Part shown: piece after piece, positions 41,229-50,973 of the stretch | How positions within the stretch are numbered: the stretch's first letter is position 1 | How the letters are laid out: the number at the start of each line of letters is the position of its first letter | Virus record (IMG/VR): IMGVR_UViG_3300050821_024078 | Origin: an uncultured virus (IMG/VR IMGVR_UViG_3300050821_024078) | Lineage: Duplodnaviria; Heunggongvirae; Uroviricota; Caudoviricetes | Reading direction: 5' to 3' (one strand) | Length of the DNA stretch: 64,000 bases | Program-made: the position numbers and the translations under genes | Notes under the pieces: generated by a model | Databases searched by the model: none | The model's input: the letters and a program-made list of their open reading frames with translations, nothing else | Told to the model about the DNA's origin: nothing

Positions 41229-41456
41229 ATGACTAAATTAGAGCGTATACAGGAAAAATATGATAACATTTCAATTATATTTGCTACTGAGTATGAACAG
41301 GTTTCTGCTATTATACATCAGGGTGATTTTTCAAAAAATCTTGATATAGCCATAATGAGAAGAAGAGCAACTACTAAAGCTCTTAGATGTTTGTTAAAAA
41401 TGATACAGATAGAAAAAGAAAGAACCGCTAATTTTAGTATTTCTACTTCTAATTAA
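41229..41456 (+). CDS. hypothetical protein
   Basis: ORF after an AATATATAG motif. Confidence 0.5.
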   Translation: MTKLERIQEKYDNISIIFATEYEQVSAIIHQGDFSKNLDIAIMRRRATTKALRCLLKMIQIEKERTANFSISTSN

Positions 41457-41467
41457 CGGTTCTTTTG

Positions 41468-41867
41468 TGGAGCTGTCGGGGATCGAACCCGAGTGTTTGG
41501 TCAGCGAGTATACATCTTACTACAAGTTTATTTGATTCTGAATTATAGACATTTTGAAATAAAGAATCAACAAAAAATTTCTAGTGTCTTTTAATCAATA
41601 TTTTAAGAACTTGCTGCAACTTAGTTGCGTTGTTCTCCCGGAATTAATCAATGGACCGGTTGCGTGCTTAAGAGTTGACTCCTGTATAATTGAGATTGAC
41701 TAAGCAGCCATTTCCATCTCAACAGAAGCAGGAAACAATTCAGCGAGAACTGAATCCTGAAGGGCTTTTTTATTGCCGATTATTGTTTGATAAGACATTT
41801 AATGGGGTCTTAACAGCCCATACTTGCAAATATACACAGTAGCAGCCAGTCTATGCCGGTCAGCCCC
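41468..41867 (-). ncRNA. ssrA: tmRNA; tag GNKKALQDSVLAELFPASVEMEMAA at 41777-41700
   Basis: 5' GGGGCTGACCGGCATAGAC; 3' GGGTTCGATCCCCGACAGCTCCA; tag ORF ends AA*. Confidence 0.93.
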
Positions 41868-41932
41868 AGTTATCTATATATCATTTCTAATACTCTACAA
41901 AGGTAACAAAGAAATAATCATTAACAAACCTT

Positions 41933-42517
41933 TTATAATATTTCTTCTTCAGATTTTATTAGATCATAAAATCTTTTGATTAAAATATCTGACAAATGAA
42001 AAGGTGTTAAGTCTATTGGACCATATTTATATAATTCATAAATATCGGCTCTATCTTGTAAACTAAATCTACCCAATTTTAATGCTACCAATCCTGATGG
42101 GCTTGCAATTTTAACACCATCTACTAAATTAGCTGTATTAAATACAGCTTCTACAGTATCCTTAGTAGTATTTATACTTTCAGGTGTAATAACTTCTATT
42201 TCAACATGGGTTTTGTTATGTTGAAACGCACCTTTTCTATGGGCTTTGAATTTTTCAACTGAATCTGGTATATCAGTATCAGATAGAAACAAAACATCAA
42301 CATCTTGTGTAAATCTTGGTTTAATATAAAATGATAGAGCTATTCCACCTATTAATATACAATCAGAATTGTTGTATAAATACCAATCTTCAAGTGCTTC
42401 TATAACTTCTATTGACATAATAGATTCGTTTAAACTTCTATTTCCGTCATTCATAGATACCATTTTACCTATATTTCTAACTGCATAATCTTCTTTTTTC
42501 ATAAAAAACTTTAACAT
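41933..42517 (-). CDS. nucleotidyltransferase-fold protein
   Basis: LIGGIALSFYIKPRFTQDVDVL; LVALKL...QDRADI. Confidence 0.7.
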   Translation of the reverse strand: MLKFFMKKEDYAVRNIGKMVSMNDGNRSLNESIMSIEVIEALEDWYLYNNSDCILIGGIALSFYIKPRFTQDVDVLFLSDTDIPDSVEKFKAHRKGAFQHNKTHVEIEVITPESINTTKDTVEAVFNTANLVDGVKIASPSGLVALKLGRFSLQDRADIYELYKYGPIDLTPFHLSDILIKRFYDLIKSEEEIL

Positions 42518-42569
42518 AAGAGTATGTATTATTTTCCTACAATATACAAATATTTATGATTAAACAAAA

Positions 42570-42803
42570 TTAGTTTTGTTCATAATTTTTAAGATTATCC
42601 AAAGGAGCCCAAAGATCTGTTACTCTACTTTTACCGAATATGATAGATCCATCATTAGCATCTATAACGATTAAAGAATATTTTTCAAAAGCTTCTTTAG
42701 ATATTCTTTCAGCCATATTAAAAGATATGTTTTTTATTAATTTTGTGTATTCGTTCCAAGGAAGAGTGGTCCAATTTATAACTCTAATTTTTGCTTTTTC
42801 CAT
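42570..42803 (-). CDS. hypothetical protein
   Basis: ORF. Confidence 0.5.
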   Translation of the reverse strand: MEKAKIRVINWTTLPWNEYTKLIKNISFNMAERISKEAFEKYSLIVIDANDGSIIFGKSRVTDLWAPLDNLKNYEQN

Positions 42804-42853
42804 TTTAATGAATGTTTTTTATTTTTATATACTTAAATAAGGTAAAGTTTACC

Positions 42854-44251
42854 TTAAACTTTTATTTTCTTTTTTAACTCTTTCAACTCTTCAATATAAA
42901 TTTCTTTAGGGTTAGATGCTTTAGCTGTTTTCAATTCAATCTCACATTCGCTCACCTGCCCGAGTAATTTATTATACATATCAATCGTTAATGAAGATAT
43001 AGGCATTCTAAGAAGATATTCAAAATCACCATCAAACTTTTTGAATTTAAGACCTTCTAACTGTTCAATTACTTTAGTCTTCGGTAAGTTCTGTACTTTT
43101 AGTTTACCTTTGATTATCAAATCAATGAATCTTGCTTTCTCATTCATTATATGTAATCTTTCAATACACATAAGAACAGTATTCTCTTTTCTCTTATGGT
43201 AATATTTTAACCGGAAATTAACGAAGTATATAATAAGTTCTTCAGCACTTTTGAATTGTATAAAATTACCCTTCTCATCAAGGCAAATGAAACTTTCTGT
43301 TTTTGATTCTTCAGCCTGGAAATATTTCCATAAGGCTGGAAGGCCTTTTTTAAGTATAGTTGATAATACAGATCTTACAAATTTAACTGTATATCCAACA
43401 CGACCTTTCTTTGTATTATCTGTATAACTTTCAATAACATATTCGAAGCCTTTTTTATAATTACTCCTTGCTTTTGGTTCATTTTCAAGTTCATTCAAAA
43501 ATTCTTCATAATCCTCGAAGGTATGAGACGGAGGAAGTTCGTTAATTTTCACTGTTGTTGTATTTACAACTTCTATATCACCTCTTATAATCCATCTTAA
43601 ATGGTTTTCTTTATCCTGGATGATAGTACCATTGTAATTCGGATAATATGGTGATATAGGATTTACTTTTTTGTCTCCTAAATGTGCTAAACAAGCATCT
43701 ATAACTTCAATAGGATTTCTGTTTAATATATCACTCTTAAATCCTACTGACATACCCATTGAACCGTTTACTAAAACAGTTGGTATAATGGGTAAAAAGA
43801 AATACGGTTCTATTTTATAACCCTCTTCCTCTTTATACTCAAGTAATTCTTTATCCTTATAGATTAAATGAAAATTAGGTGTTAATTTTGTACCAATATA
43901 CCTGGGACCACCAGCTGAAGGACTTCGTAAAGATCCATATTGACCTTCTTCTGCCAGTAATACCAGGTTGTTTTTAAAACTCTGGGCCATATTAATGATA
44001 GCATCATTTAAGGATTGATCACCATGATGATAAAAAGCTTCTGAAGCAACCCGGCCAGCCAACATAAAAACCTTTAATGGTTTCTCATTACCAGTTTTCC
44101 ATATATTATTTGCTACATGTATAATTTTCCTTTGTGTTGGCTTAAAGCCATCTATTACTGAAGGTATTGCTCTGTTTTTGAGTGTATAAATGGCAAATTC
44201 TTTATAATCCTTATCTAAAAATTCGGAAATGGTTTTGTTAATTACTGGCAT
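42854..44251 (-). CDS. type II DNA topoisomerase medium subunit (T4 gp52/GyrA-like)
   Basis: RAIPSVIDGFKPTQRK, YHHGD, GGPRYI (catalytic Tyr), LLRMPISSLT. Confidence 0.93.
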   Translation of the reverse strand: MPVINKTISEFLDKDYKEFAIYTLKNRAIPSVIDGFKPTQRKIIHVANNIWKTGNEKPLKVFMLAGRVASEAFYHHGDQSLNDAIINMAQSFKNNLVLLAEEGQYGSLRSPSAGGPRYIGTKLTPNFHLIYKDKELLEYKEEEGYKIEPYFFLPIIPTVLVNGSMGMSVGFKSDILNRNPIEVIDACLAHLGDKKVNPISPYYPNYNGTIIQDKENHLRWIIRGDIEVVNTTTVKINELPPSHTFEDYEEFLNELENEPKARSNYKKGFEYVIESYTDNTKKGRVGYTVKFVRSVLSTILKKGLPALWKYFQAEESKTESFICLDEKGNFIQFKSAEELIIYFVNFRLKYYHKRKENTVLMCIERLHIMNEKARFIDLIIKGKLKVQNLPKTKVIEQLEGLKFKKFDGDFEYLLRMPISSLTIDMYNKLLGQVSECEIELKTAKASNPKEIYIEELKELKKKIKV

Positions 44252-44356
44252 ATAGATGATATATGAAAAGTACACGAAAGTTTTCGATATTGTGTTTTAA
44301 TACAAAACTTAGTGAATCTTTGTAATATAAAAATTATTAGTGTACTTTTGTGTATT

Positions 44357-44815
44357 ATGAATATTTTCAAAAAATTAAAGCATAAAATTGGTGATATAGT
44401 TAATCCTGGAATACCTAAAGTTTATACGGATTTTGAAGAAAGATTTCATTGTATTTATAATCAGTATAACAGTGATCAATTCTTTAAATATGGTATACAA
44501 ACACATCATGTAGATTTTCAAGGTGTTTTTTGGATTACTTTCTTTAAAGATTTTTCTAATAAAGAGAATACTAAAAAGAATAAATTTGAGCTTAGTAATA
44601 AAGAAAATGGTTTATCTTATTTACCAGTGTTCATACATAATCTTAACGCCAAAATCTATATCAACTGTGAGGTTATTGAAATGCCCTATATTGAAATCTA
44701 TTTAAAAACAAAAGAGAATGATTTAATTGGTGATTCTGTTAAAATATTTGTGGATCCTATACATCGAGTTATTACCTTTCATAAGAAATATGAATGTGAA
44801 AATATTAAAAGTTGA
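44357..44815 (+). CDS. hypothetical protein
   Basis: ORF ending in TGA, 3 nt before the next ATG. Confidence 0.6.
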   Translation: MNIFKKLKHKIGDIVNPGIPKVYTDFEERFHCIYNQYNSDQFFKYGIQTHHVDFQGVFWITFFKDFSNKENTKKNKFELSNKENGLSYLPVFIHNLNAKIYINCEVIEMPYIEIYLKTKENDLIGDSVKIFVDPIHRVITFHKKYECENIKS

Positions 44816-44818
44816 ATT

Positions 44819-46243
44819 ATGAACTTAAAAAGCATTATAGAGAAAATACCAGTGATTATGCAGCTGGCTGAATACGTTCAAAAGGAAAACATACAAGCTT
44901 ATGTTGTGGGTGGTTTTGTGCGTGATTCTATCTTGGAAAAACAATCCAAAGATATTGATATAGTTTGTATTGGTTCCGGATTAGAACTTGCTGAAGGTTT
45001 CGCTAAATATATTGGTCAGACCGAAGGTGTAGAATACTTCAAGAATTTTGGTACAGCACATTTTATGAGTGATGATGTTGAATTGGAATTTGTGGGAGCC
45101 AGAAAAGAATCATATGATAGAGGTTCAAGAAAACCCATTGTTGAGGATGGTACACTAGAAGATGACCTTAATCGTCGTGATCTGACATTTAATGCTATGG
45201 CTATTTCCTTAAGTGCTGATACATTTGGTGATTTAATTGATATGTTTGATGGTTTATCAGATCTGAAGAACGGTATTATAAGAACACCACTAGATCCTGA
45301 TATAACATTTTCAGATGATCCTTTAAGAATGTTGAGAGCTGTGAGATTTTATTCCAGGTTTAGTTTAACTATCCATGATGAAACTTTAGCATCTATAATT
45401 AAAAATCGTAGCAGACTTGAAATTATTTCTCAACAAAGGATTCATGATGAGCTGAACAAAATATTACTAACAAAGAAACCGAGTATAGGTTTTTATATGT
45501 TGGATCAATGTGGATTACTTGAAATGATTATTCCTGAACTCACAGCTCTTAAAGGTGTAACAAGAGTTAACGATAAAGGTCACAAAGATAATTTCAAACA
45601 TACCCTACAAGTACTGGATCAGGCTGCTGAAGTAAGTGACAATCTTTGGTTTAGATGGGCTGCACTTCTCCATGATGTAGGTAAAGGTCCTACAAAGAGA
45701 CTACTTGATAATGGATGGTCTTTTCATGGTCACGAAGATGTTGGGTTTGGCATGGTTCGAGAAATATTCAAAAGATTATGTTTACCGCTTAGTGAAAAAC
45801 TTATCTATATTCAAACAATAACAAAATACCATGGTAAACCGCAACAACTAGTTGAAGAAGGTGTGACAGATTCAGCTATACGCCGGTTATGTGTAAACGT
45901 TGGAAATACCCTTGATGATCTTTTACTATTTTGTAAATGCGATATTACTACTGCTAGAGAAGATAAAAAATTAAAGTATGTCCAAGAGATAGAAGACCTT
46001 CGAATTAAAATTGAAGCTGTTCGTGAAAGAGACAATATGCTCAATTTTAAAGTTCCTGTAGAAGGTGGTGATATAATGGCGGAATATAAATTAAAGCCGT
46101 GCGAGCTTGTTGGTGTGATTAAAAAAGCTATAAAGGAAGCAATACTTGAAGGTGTCATTCCTAATGATCGGGAAGCAGCTTTAGAATTTATGCGAAGTAA
46201 TTATGAAAAAATAAAAGAAGAGCTAGAAAACAGAGTAGATTAG
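44819..46243 (+). CDS. cca: CCA-adding tRNA nucleotidyltransferase with HD domain
   Basis: VGGFVRD, KDIDI, RRDLTFNA, DDPLRMLRAVRF, LLHDVGK. Confidence 0.92.
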   Translation: MNLKSIIEKIPVIMQLAEYVQKENIQAYVVGGFVRDSILEKQSKDIDIVCIGSGLELAEGFAKYIGQTEGVEYFKNFGTAHFMSDDVELEFVGARKESYDRGSRKPIVEDGTLEDDLNRRDLTFNAMAISLSADTFGDLIDMFDGLSDLKNGIIRTPLDPDITFSDDPLRMLRAVRFYSRFSLTIHDETLASIIKNRSRLEIISQQRIHDELNKILLTKKPSIGFYMLDQCGLLEMIIPELTALKGVTRVNDKGHKDNFKHTLQVLDQAAEVSDNLWFRWAALLHDVGKGPTKRLLDNGWSFHGHEDVGFGMVREIFKRLCLPLSEKLIYIQTITKYHGKPQQLVEEGVTDSAIRRLCVNVGNTLDDLLLFCKCDITTAREDKKLKYVQEIEDLRIKIEAVRERDNMLNFKVPVEGGDIMAEYKLKPCELVGVIKKAIKEAILEGVIPNDREAALEFMRSNYEKIKEELENRVD

Positions 46244-46938
46244 TCTACTCTGTTTTTATTTTTATATATTTGTTCAAAGTTTGTTTTCTCGCTATCAATA
46301 CCTTCTATTAAAGACATACTATCACATAATCCGGTGCTCATATAAGCTTGTATTTCATCTATAATAACTTCATCACAGTATCCCATTTCTAATAATATGT
46401 TACTCATACTTTCTTTTATTATATTTGGTAGATTATTATAAGCCTCAATAGTTCTTTGTTTATATTCACTATCAGTGTAAAATAATCCATGAGCAATTTC
46501 ATGTTGCATCACATCAGATTCTATTTTATCAACACCTAAAATATAAAAAGGTATTTCTTCGGAGCCTAAATGTTTATAGATTGCTTCTGTGATTTCATTC
46601 ATAATGTAATCATATGTGTTTACACCACAACCTTCATTTTTATTTATGAATACATTAGAAAGACACTTTTTTAATGAATGACTTGGTATATTATAACCCA
46701 TCCAATATTCTGGGTATGTAAATATATTAGCACCATTATTGTTTTTATACGTTTTCATATAAAGCATTAAATCGAATGGTTGATCTTTGATATTTATGAA
46801 AGGTGATTCATAGAACTCTTGGTACCTACAAAATAGCATTGCTCTATCATAATCATTTTCAATTATAACGGCATATATGTTTTTCCTTATTTCTATGACT
46901 TTACATTCTAGCAAAGCATTTTTAATTTCAATTATCAT
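46240..46938 (-). CDS. hypothetical protein with an HExxH motif
   Basis: RYQEFYESP, QHEIAHGLFY, DEIQAY. Confidence 0.65.
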   Translation of the reverse strand: MIIEIKNALLECKVIEIRKNIYAVIIENDYDRAMLFCRYQEFYESPFINIKDQPFDLMLYMKTYKNNNGANIFTYPEYWMGYNIPSHSLKKCLSNVFINKNEGCGVNTYDYIMNEITEAIYKHLGSEEIPFYILGVDKIESDVMQHEIAHGLFYTDSEYKQRTIEAYNNLPNIIKESMSNILLEMGYCDEVIIDEIQAYMSTGLCDSMSLIEGIDSEKTNFEQIYKNKNRVD

Positions 46939-46941
46939 ATT

Positions 46942-47157
46942 TTATTTCCAAACAAGTGATTTTATACAATCCTCAGAGAACATTTGTTTACCTGTATCAT
47001 CTTTAAATTTTCTGTATGTTTCTTCTAATTCTTTTTTCTGTTGAGTTCTGAAATATTCAATAGCTTGTAAAAGTTGTTCTCTTACTTTTCCTTCTACATC
47101 ACGTACTTTATAAATAGCTTCTCTCAAATTTTCTCTACTAACACTGAATTTCTCCAT
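46942..47157 (-). CDS. hypothetical protein
   Basis: ORF. Confidence 0.55.
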   Translation of the reverse strand: MEKFSVSRENLREAIYKVRDVEGKVREQLLQAIEYFRTQQKKELEETYRKFKDDTGKQMFSEDCIKSLVWK

Positions 47158-47159
47158 AT

Positions 47160-49475
47160 TTAATTTAGTATTTTTTCTTTTTTTCCTGAAGTATCCTTTT
47201 TATCAAACCATATCTTCAAATTTTCTTTTGCTTCTTTATCTGGGTTTATAATTACCATATAAGGATTAGATAATATAGTTTCATATTCATCATCCAATAG
47301 AGATGCCAGACCTTTTTTATATTCAATATCCCAGGTACTAACTTTTTCTTTTTTACTCCAAGCTTCATAATCTTCATTTGTATAAAAGAATTTCTTTTCT
47401 TTACCTTTTTTTGCAACAAGTAAAGGTGTCATAACTTTACATATTCTCTTCTGTTCAAATAATTCTGGCCAGTATGTATAGAAGAAATTTAGTAGCAGAG
47501 CTGATATAGCATCACCATCACAATTGTGTGATAAGATAGAATGATTAATACCATTAATGAAGAATGTATTATCATCTTCTACTTCAATATCATAAAATTC
47601 TTCTTCTTTTATGGTGTTAATATTTGTTATTGAGTCTGCTGGTTTGAAAATAAATTCAGAATTATTGTTATTATCTTTTAAATAAAGAAAATCTGTATAG
47701 AGTAATTCACCAGCAGCTATATCTATAGCTTTATTATCTCTTATTACAGGTATTTTATGTTTTTGAGAGCAATAGAATATGTTTCCTAAGATTTGTATTT
47801 TTATGTATTCTGTCTTATATGATTGAATAATACATTTAACTTTTTTATACTGTCCTGTATGAGTTAAAACATAATCTGTAGGTAATACATCTTGTATTTC
47901 TTTAATACCATCTTTACATATTATTTCAGTATCATATCTTAAGCAATCAGCATCTGTATAAATTAACAATCTAGCATACTGTAAAGCTTTAAGATCAACT
48001 CGTTCACCCAAACTTAGACCAATACTTGATATAAGATTTCGTGCCTCTTCATTCTCAAGAATAGCTTTTGGTGTAATTTCGGAAACATTAATAAATTTAC
48101 CCCGGAGAGGGAAGGCCCCAAAAATATTTTGATCACGAAACTGGCGAACCGCACTTATGGCTGAGTCTCCCTCAAAAATACCTAAAACGCATTTTGTGCG
48201 GTCATGACCTTTAGCCTCAATAAGTTTAGCGACCTTTTCTTTCTTTGAATTTTTATTAAATCTCTTGAGTGCTTGAAGTTCTTTTAATTCTATTTGTTCC
48301 AGTATAGCTCTAACGATATCTGATTTCATAATTTTCTTTAAAAGTAATTCTGAAACTTTGCTATCTTTTAATATATCTTTAGTAATAGGGTTGGTCATAT
48401 AATTTTTTGTCTGAGTATCAAATGTTGGATTTGCTATTTTGCAAATTAAGAACAAAAACAATTTATTTTTAACATCTACCCAAGTAACTTTATTCTTCTT
48501 ACTACTTATCATTTCTGCAAGTTCTTTAGATATTTCTAAAGATATATGATTTACACCTGTACCACCTCTATAAGTAGTTATACCATTAACTATACTAACT
48601 TGCTCAAAAGATTCGGATTGAGAACTAGCTACACCAACTTCCCATTCATTATTTAATTTTTCATAAAATAATTCAGTATTTTCAGGTAAATGCATAGCCA
48701 TATAATCCATCATAGTTTTTATAGGAAATGTTTCATCATTAAATGATACTTTAGCTTTAGGGCAATAACAAGCAACATCTAAAGTTCTTTTAGCTAAAAT
48801 TTTAATTACATCTTCAGTAAATCCATCCATACCAAATCTTTTAAAATCTGGATAGTATGTTATTTTGGTATAATTTTTATCACATGATGAAATTTTAGGC
48901 TTACTGTTTTTATCTATAAATTTTTTAAAATCATTATCTGAAATTTTATGATATAAATTATCTTTTACAATTTGTATATACTTATTTTTACCATCAGAAG
49001 TTTCTAAAATAAATTGATTTGATAGAATTGCCACAGCCTTCCCACCAATTCCATTACGTCCAGCACCAAATCTTTCTTCTTCATCATTAAAATTTGATGA
49101 TGCTAGTAAATTAAAAAATAAAAGTTCTGGAAGCCACATGGATTCTTTTTTATGTATTTGTACTGGTATCCCAGGACCATCATTTTCAATAGTTATTGAT
49201 TCTTTATCTAAAGAAACTTTAATATATTTAACTTTACCTGTTCTAATATAGTGATCCGATGCGTTAGTTATAATTTCATCAAAAATTTTTATGAAAGCTG
49301 GTACATATTTTACCAATTCTTTTTTTATTTTAACATCTGATAATTTTTCAATATCTTCAACTACAAACATTTTTTCTTCTATTTCATTCATAGAACCTAC
49401 ATATGTATCAGGTCTTAATAAGACATGCTCACGTTGAGACAATTTTTGATAAATATCTTCAATTTTTTTAGTCAT
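47160..49475 (-). CDS. type II DNA topoisomerase large subunit (gp39+gp60/GyrB-like), intein-containing
   Basis: EHVLLRPDTYVGS, DEIITNA, NDGPGIP, GRNGIG, EGDSA, PLRGK, YKKGL. Confidence 0.94.
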   Translation of the reverse strand: MTKKIEDIYQKLSQREHVLLRPDTYVGSMNEIEEKMFVVEDIEKLSDVKIKKELVKYVPAFIKIFDEIITNASDHYIRTGKVKYIKVSLDKESITIENDGPGIPVQIHKKESMWLPELLFFNLLASSNFNDEEERFGAGRNGIGGKAVAILSNQFILETSDGKNKYIQIVKDNLYHKISDNDFKKFIDKNSKPKISSCDKNYTKITYYPDFKRFGMDGFTEDVIKILAKRTLDVACYCPKAKVSFNDETFPIKTMMDYMAMHLPENTELFYEKLNNEWEVGVASSQSESFEQVSIVNGITTYRGGTGVNHISLEISKELAEMISSKKNKVTWVDVKNKLFLFLICKIANPTFDTQTKNYMTNPITKDILKDSKVSELLLKKIMKSDIVRAILEQIELKELQALKRFNKNSKKEKVAKLIEAKGHDRTKCVLGIFEGDSAISAVRQFRDQNIFGAFPLRGKFINVSEITPKAILENEEARNLISSIGLSLGERVDLKALQYARLLIYTDADCLRYDTEIICKDGIKEIQDVLPTDYVLTHTGQYKKVKCIIQSYKTEYIKIQILGNIFYCSQKHKIPVIRDNKAIDIAAGELLYTDFLYLKDNNNNSEFIFKPADSITNINTIKEEEFYDIEVEDDNTFFINGINHSILSHNCDGDAISALLLNFFYTYWPELFEQKRICKVMTPLLVAKKGKEKKFFYTNEDYEAWSKKEKVSTWDIEYKKGLASLLDDEYETILSNPYMVIINPDKEAKENLKIWFDKKDTSGKKEKILN
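47523..47945 (-). mobile_element. mini-intein (141 aa, no endonuclease domain)
   Basis: YTDAD|CLRYDT...YDIEVEDDNTFFING...LSHN|CDGD; block B-like SQKHKI. Confidence 0.9.
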
Positions 49476-49610
49476 TATTTTTTATTTTTTCTTCTATTGA
49501 TTATATATCTTTTCCATATAAAGTTTAATTATCAAATTAATCTCTAACATATTTTAATTAAATCTACTTAAAGGTGAACTTTATTTTTTGATATATACAT
49601 AAAAACATAT

Positions 49611-49703
49611 ATCCATGTATAATACAGAAATTTTTAAAGAAAAAGCATTCAAAATCCATGTATAATACAGAAATTTTTAAAGAAAAAGCATTCAAAATCC
49701 ATG
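49611..49703 (+). repeat. 43-bp tandem duplication over the start of an endonuclease gene
   Basis: ATCCATGTATAATACAGAAATTTTTAAAGAAAAAGCATTCAAA twice, then ATCCATG. Confidence 0.9.
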
Positions 49704-50926
49704 GTGATAAATATGATTATTCAATGGTTAATTACATAAATTCTAAAACTAGTGTTGAAATTTTTTGTAAAAAACATAATATTTTCTTTGAACAAAAACC
49801 AATATATCATTTAAGAGGTGCTTTATGTAAAAAATGTGGTTACGATAAACAAAAATCAACAACATCAGATTTTATAATAAAGGCAAGAAAAGTTCATGGT
49901 GACATTTATGATTATTCATTAGTTAATTATTATGATACTTTAACTAAAGTTAAAATTGTATGTAAAGAACATGGTGAATTCGAACAAAAACCACTAGGAC
50001 ATTTATATGGACAGGGATGTGCAAAATGTTTTCACGATACAATAAGATTATCAAAAGAAGAATGTATAATAAATTCTAAAAAAGTACACGGAGAAAAATA
50101 TGATTATTCATTAGTCGAGTATATTGATAATCTTACCAAAATTAAAATAATATGTCCAGAACATGGTATATTCGAACAACAACCATCAAATCACATGGAA
50201 GGTAATGGTTGTATCAAATGTAGACATCAAAGCCGAAGAAACAACTCATATATCAAAAAATGTAATGAAAAATTTAACAATAAATATGATTACTCTTTAG
50301 TTGATTATGTTAATAATAATACTAGAGTTGATATTATTTGTCCTGAACATGGAATATTTAAACAATCTATGAAGAGTCATTTAAAACATGATGGTTGTCC
50401 TTTTTGTTCTGGTAAAAAAATGAATACTGAATTTTTTATTTTAAATTCTAGTAAAAAACATAATAATTATTTTGATTACTCATTAGTTGAATATACTGGA
50501 GCATTTAAGAAGGTTAAAATTAAATGTCCTGAACATGGTTTATTCGAACAAATGCCTTCCACACATTTATTTGGAGCTGGTTGTCCTGTATGTAAATCTT
50601 CCAAAGGCGAAAAATCTATAATTTCTTTTTTGAATGAAAATAATATAGAATATAAACATCAGTATGCATTCGAAAAATGTAAAAATATTAATGTATTATT
50701 CTTTGATTTTTATATACCAGATAGAAATATGTGTATTGAATATAACGGTATGCAACATTATAAAAAAATAGAATATTTTGGTGGTGATAAAGGTTTCAAA
50801 ATTACTAAAAAAAGAGATAATATAAAAAAAGCTTTTTGTAAAAAAAATAAAATTTCATTAAAAATAATAACTTATAAAGATAATATTTTAGAAAAATTAA
50901 ATAAAATATTCAAAAGCAACATTTAA
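49658..50926 (+). CDS. putative homing endonuclease: about 5 repeats (KYDYSLVEY...ICPEHGxFEQ...GCxxC) plus a C-terminal PD-(D/E)xK/Vsr-like domain
   Basis: repeats visible; SKGE...FDFYIP...IEYNGMQHY...RDNIK. Confidence 0.82.
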   Translation: MYNTEIFKEKAFKIHGDKYDYSMVNYINSKTSVEIFCKKHNIFFEQKPIYHLRGALCKKCGYDKQKSTTSDFIIKARKVHGDIYDYSLVNYYDTLTKVKIVCKEHGEFEQKPLGHLYGQGCAKCFHDTIRLSKEECIINSKKVHGEKYDYSLVEYIDNLTKIKIICPEHGIFEQQPSNHMEGNGCIKCRHQSRRNNSYIKKCNEKFNNKYDYSLVDYVNNNTRVDIICPEHGIFKQSMKSHLKHDGCPFCSGKKMNTEFFILNSSKKHNNYFDYSLVEYTGAFKKVKIKCPEHGLFEQMPSTHLFGAGCPVCKSSKGEKSIISFLNENNIEYKHQYAFEKCKNINVLFFDFYIPDRNMCIEYNGMQHYKKIEYFGGDKGFKITKKRDNIKKAFCKKNKISLKIITYKDNILEKLNKIFKSNI

Positions 50927-50973
50927 ATTGAATACTATGTAAACAATATATAAGAAAAACCAATAAAGTTTAA

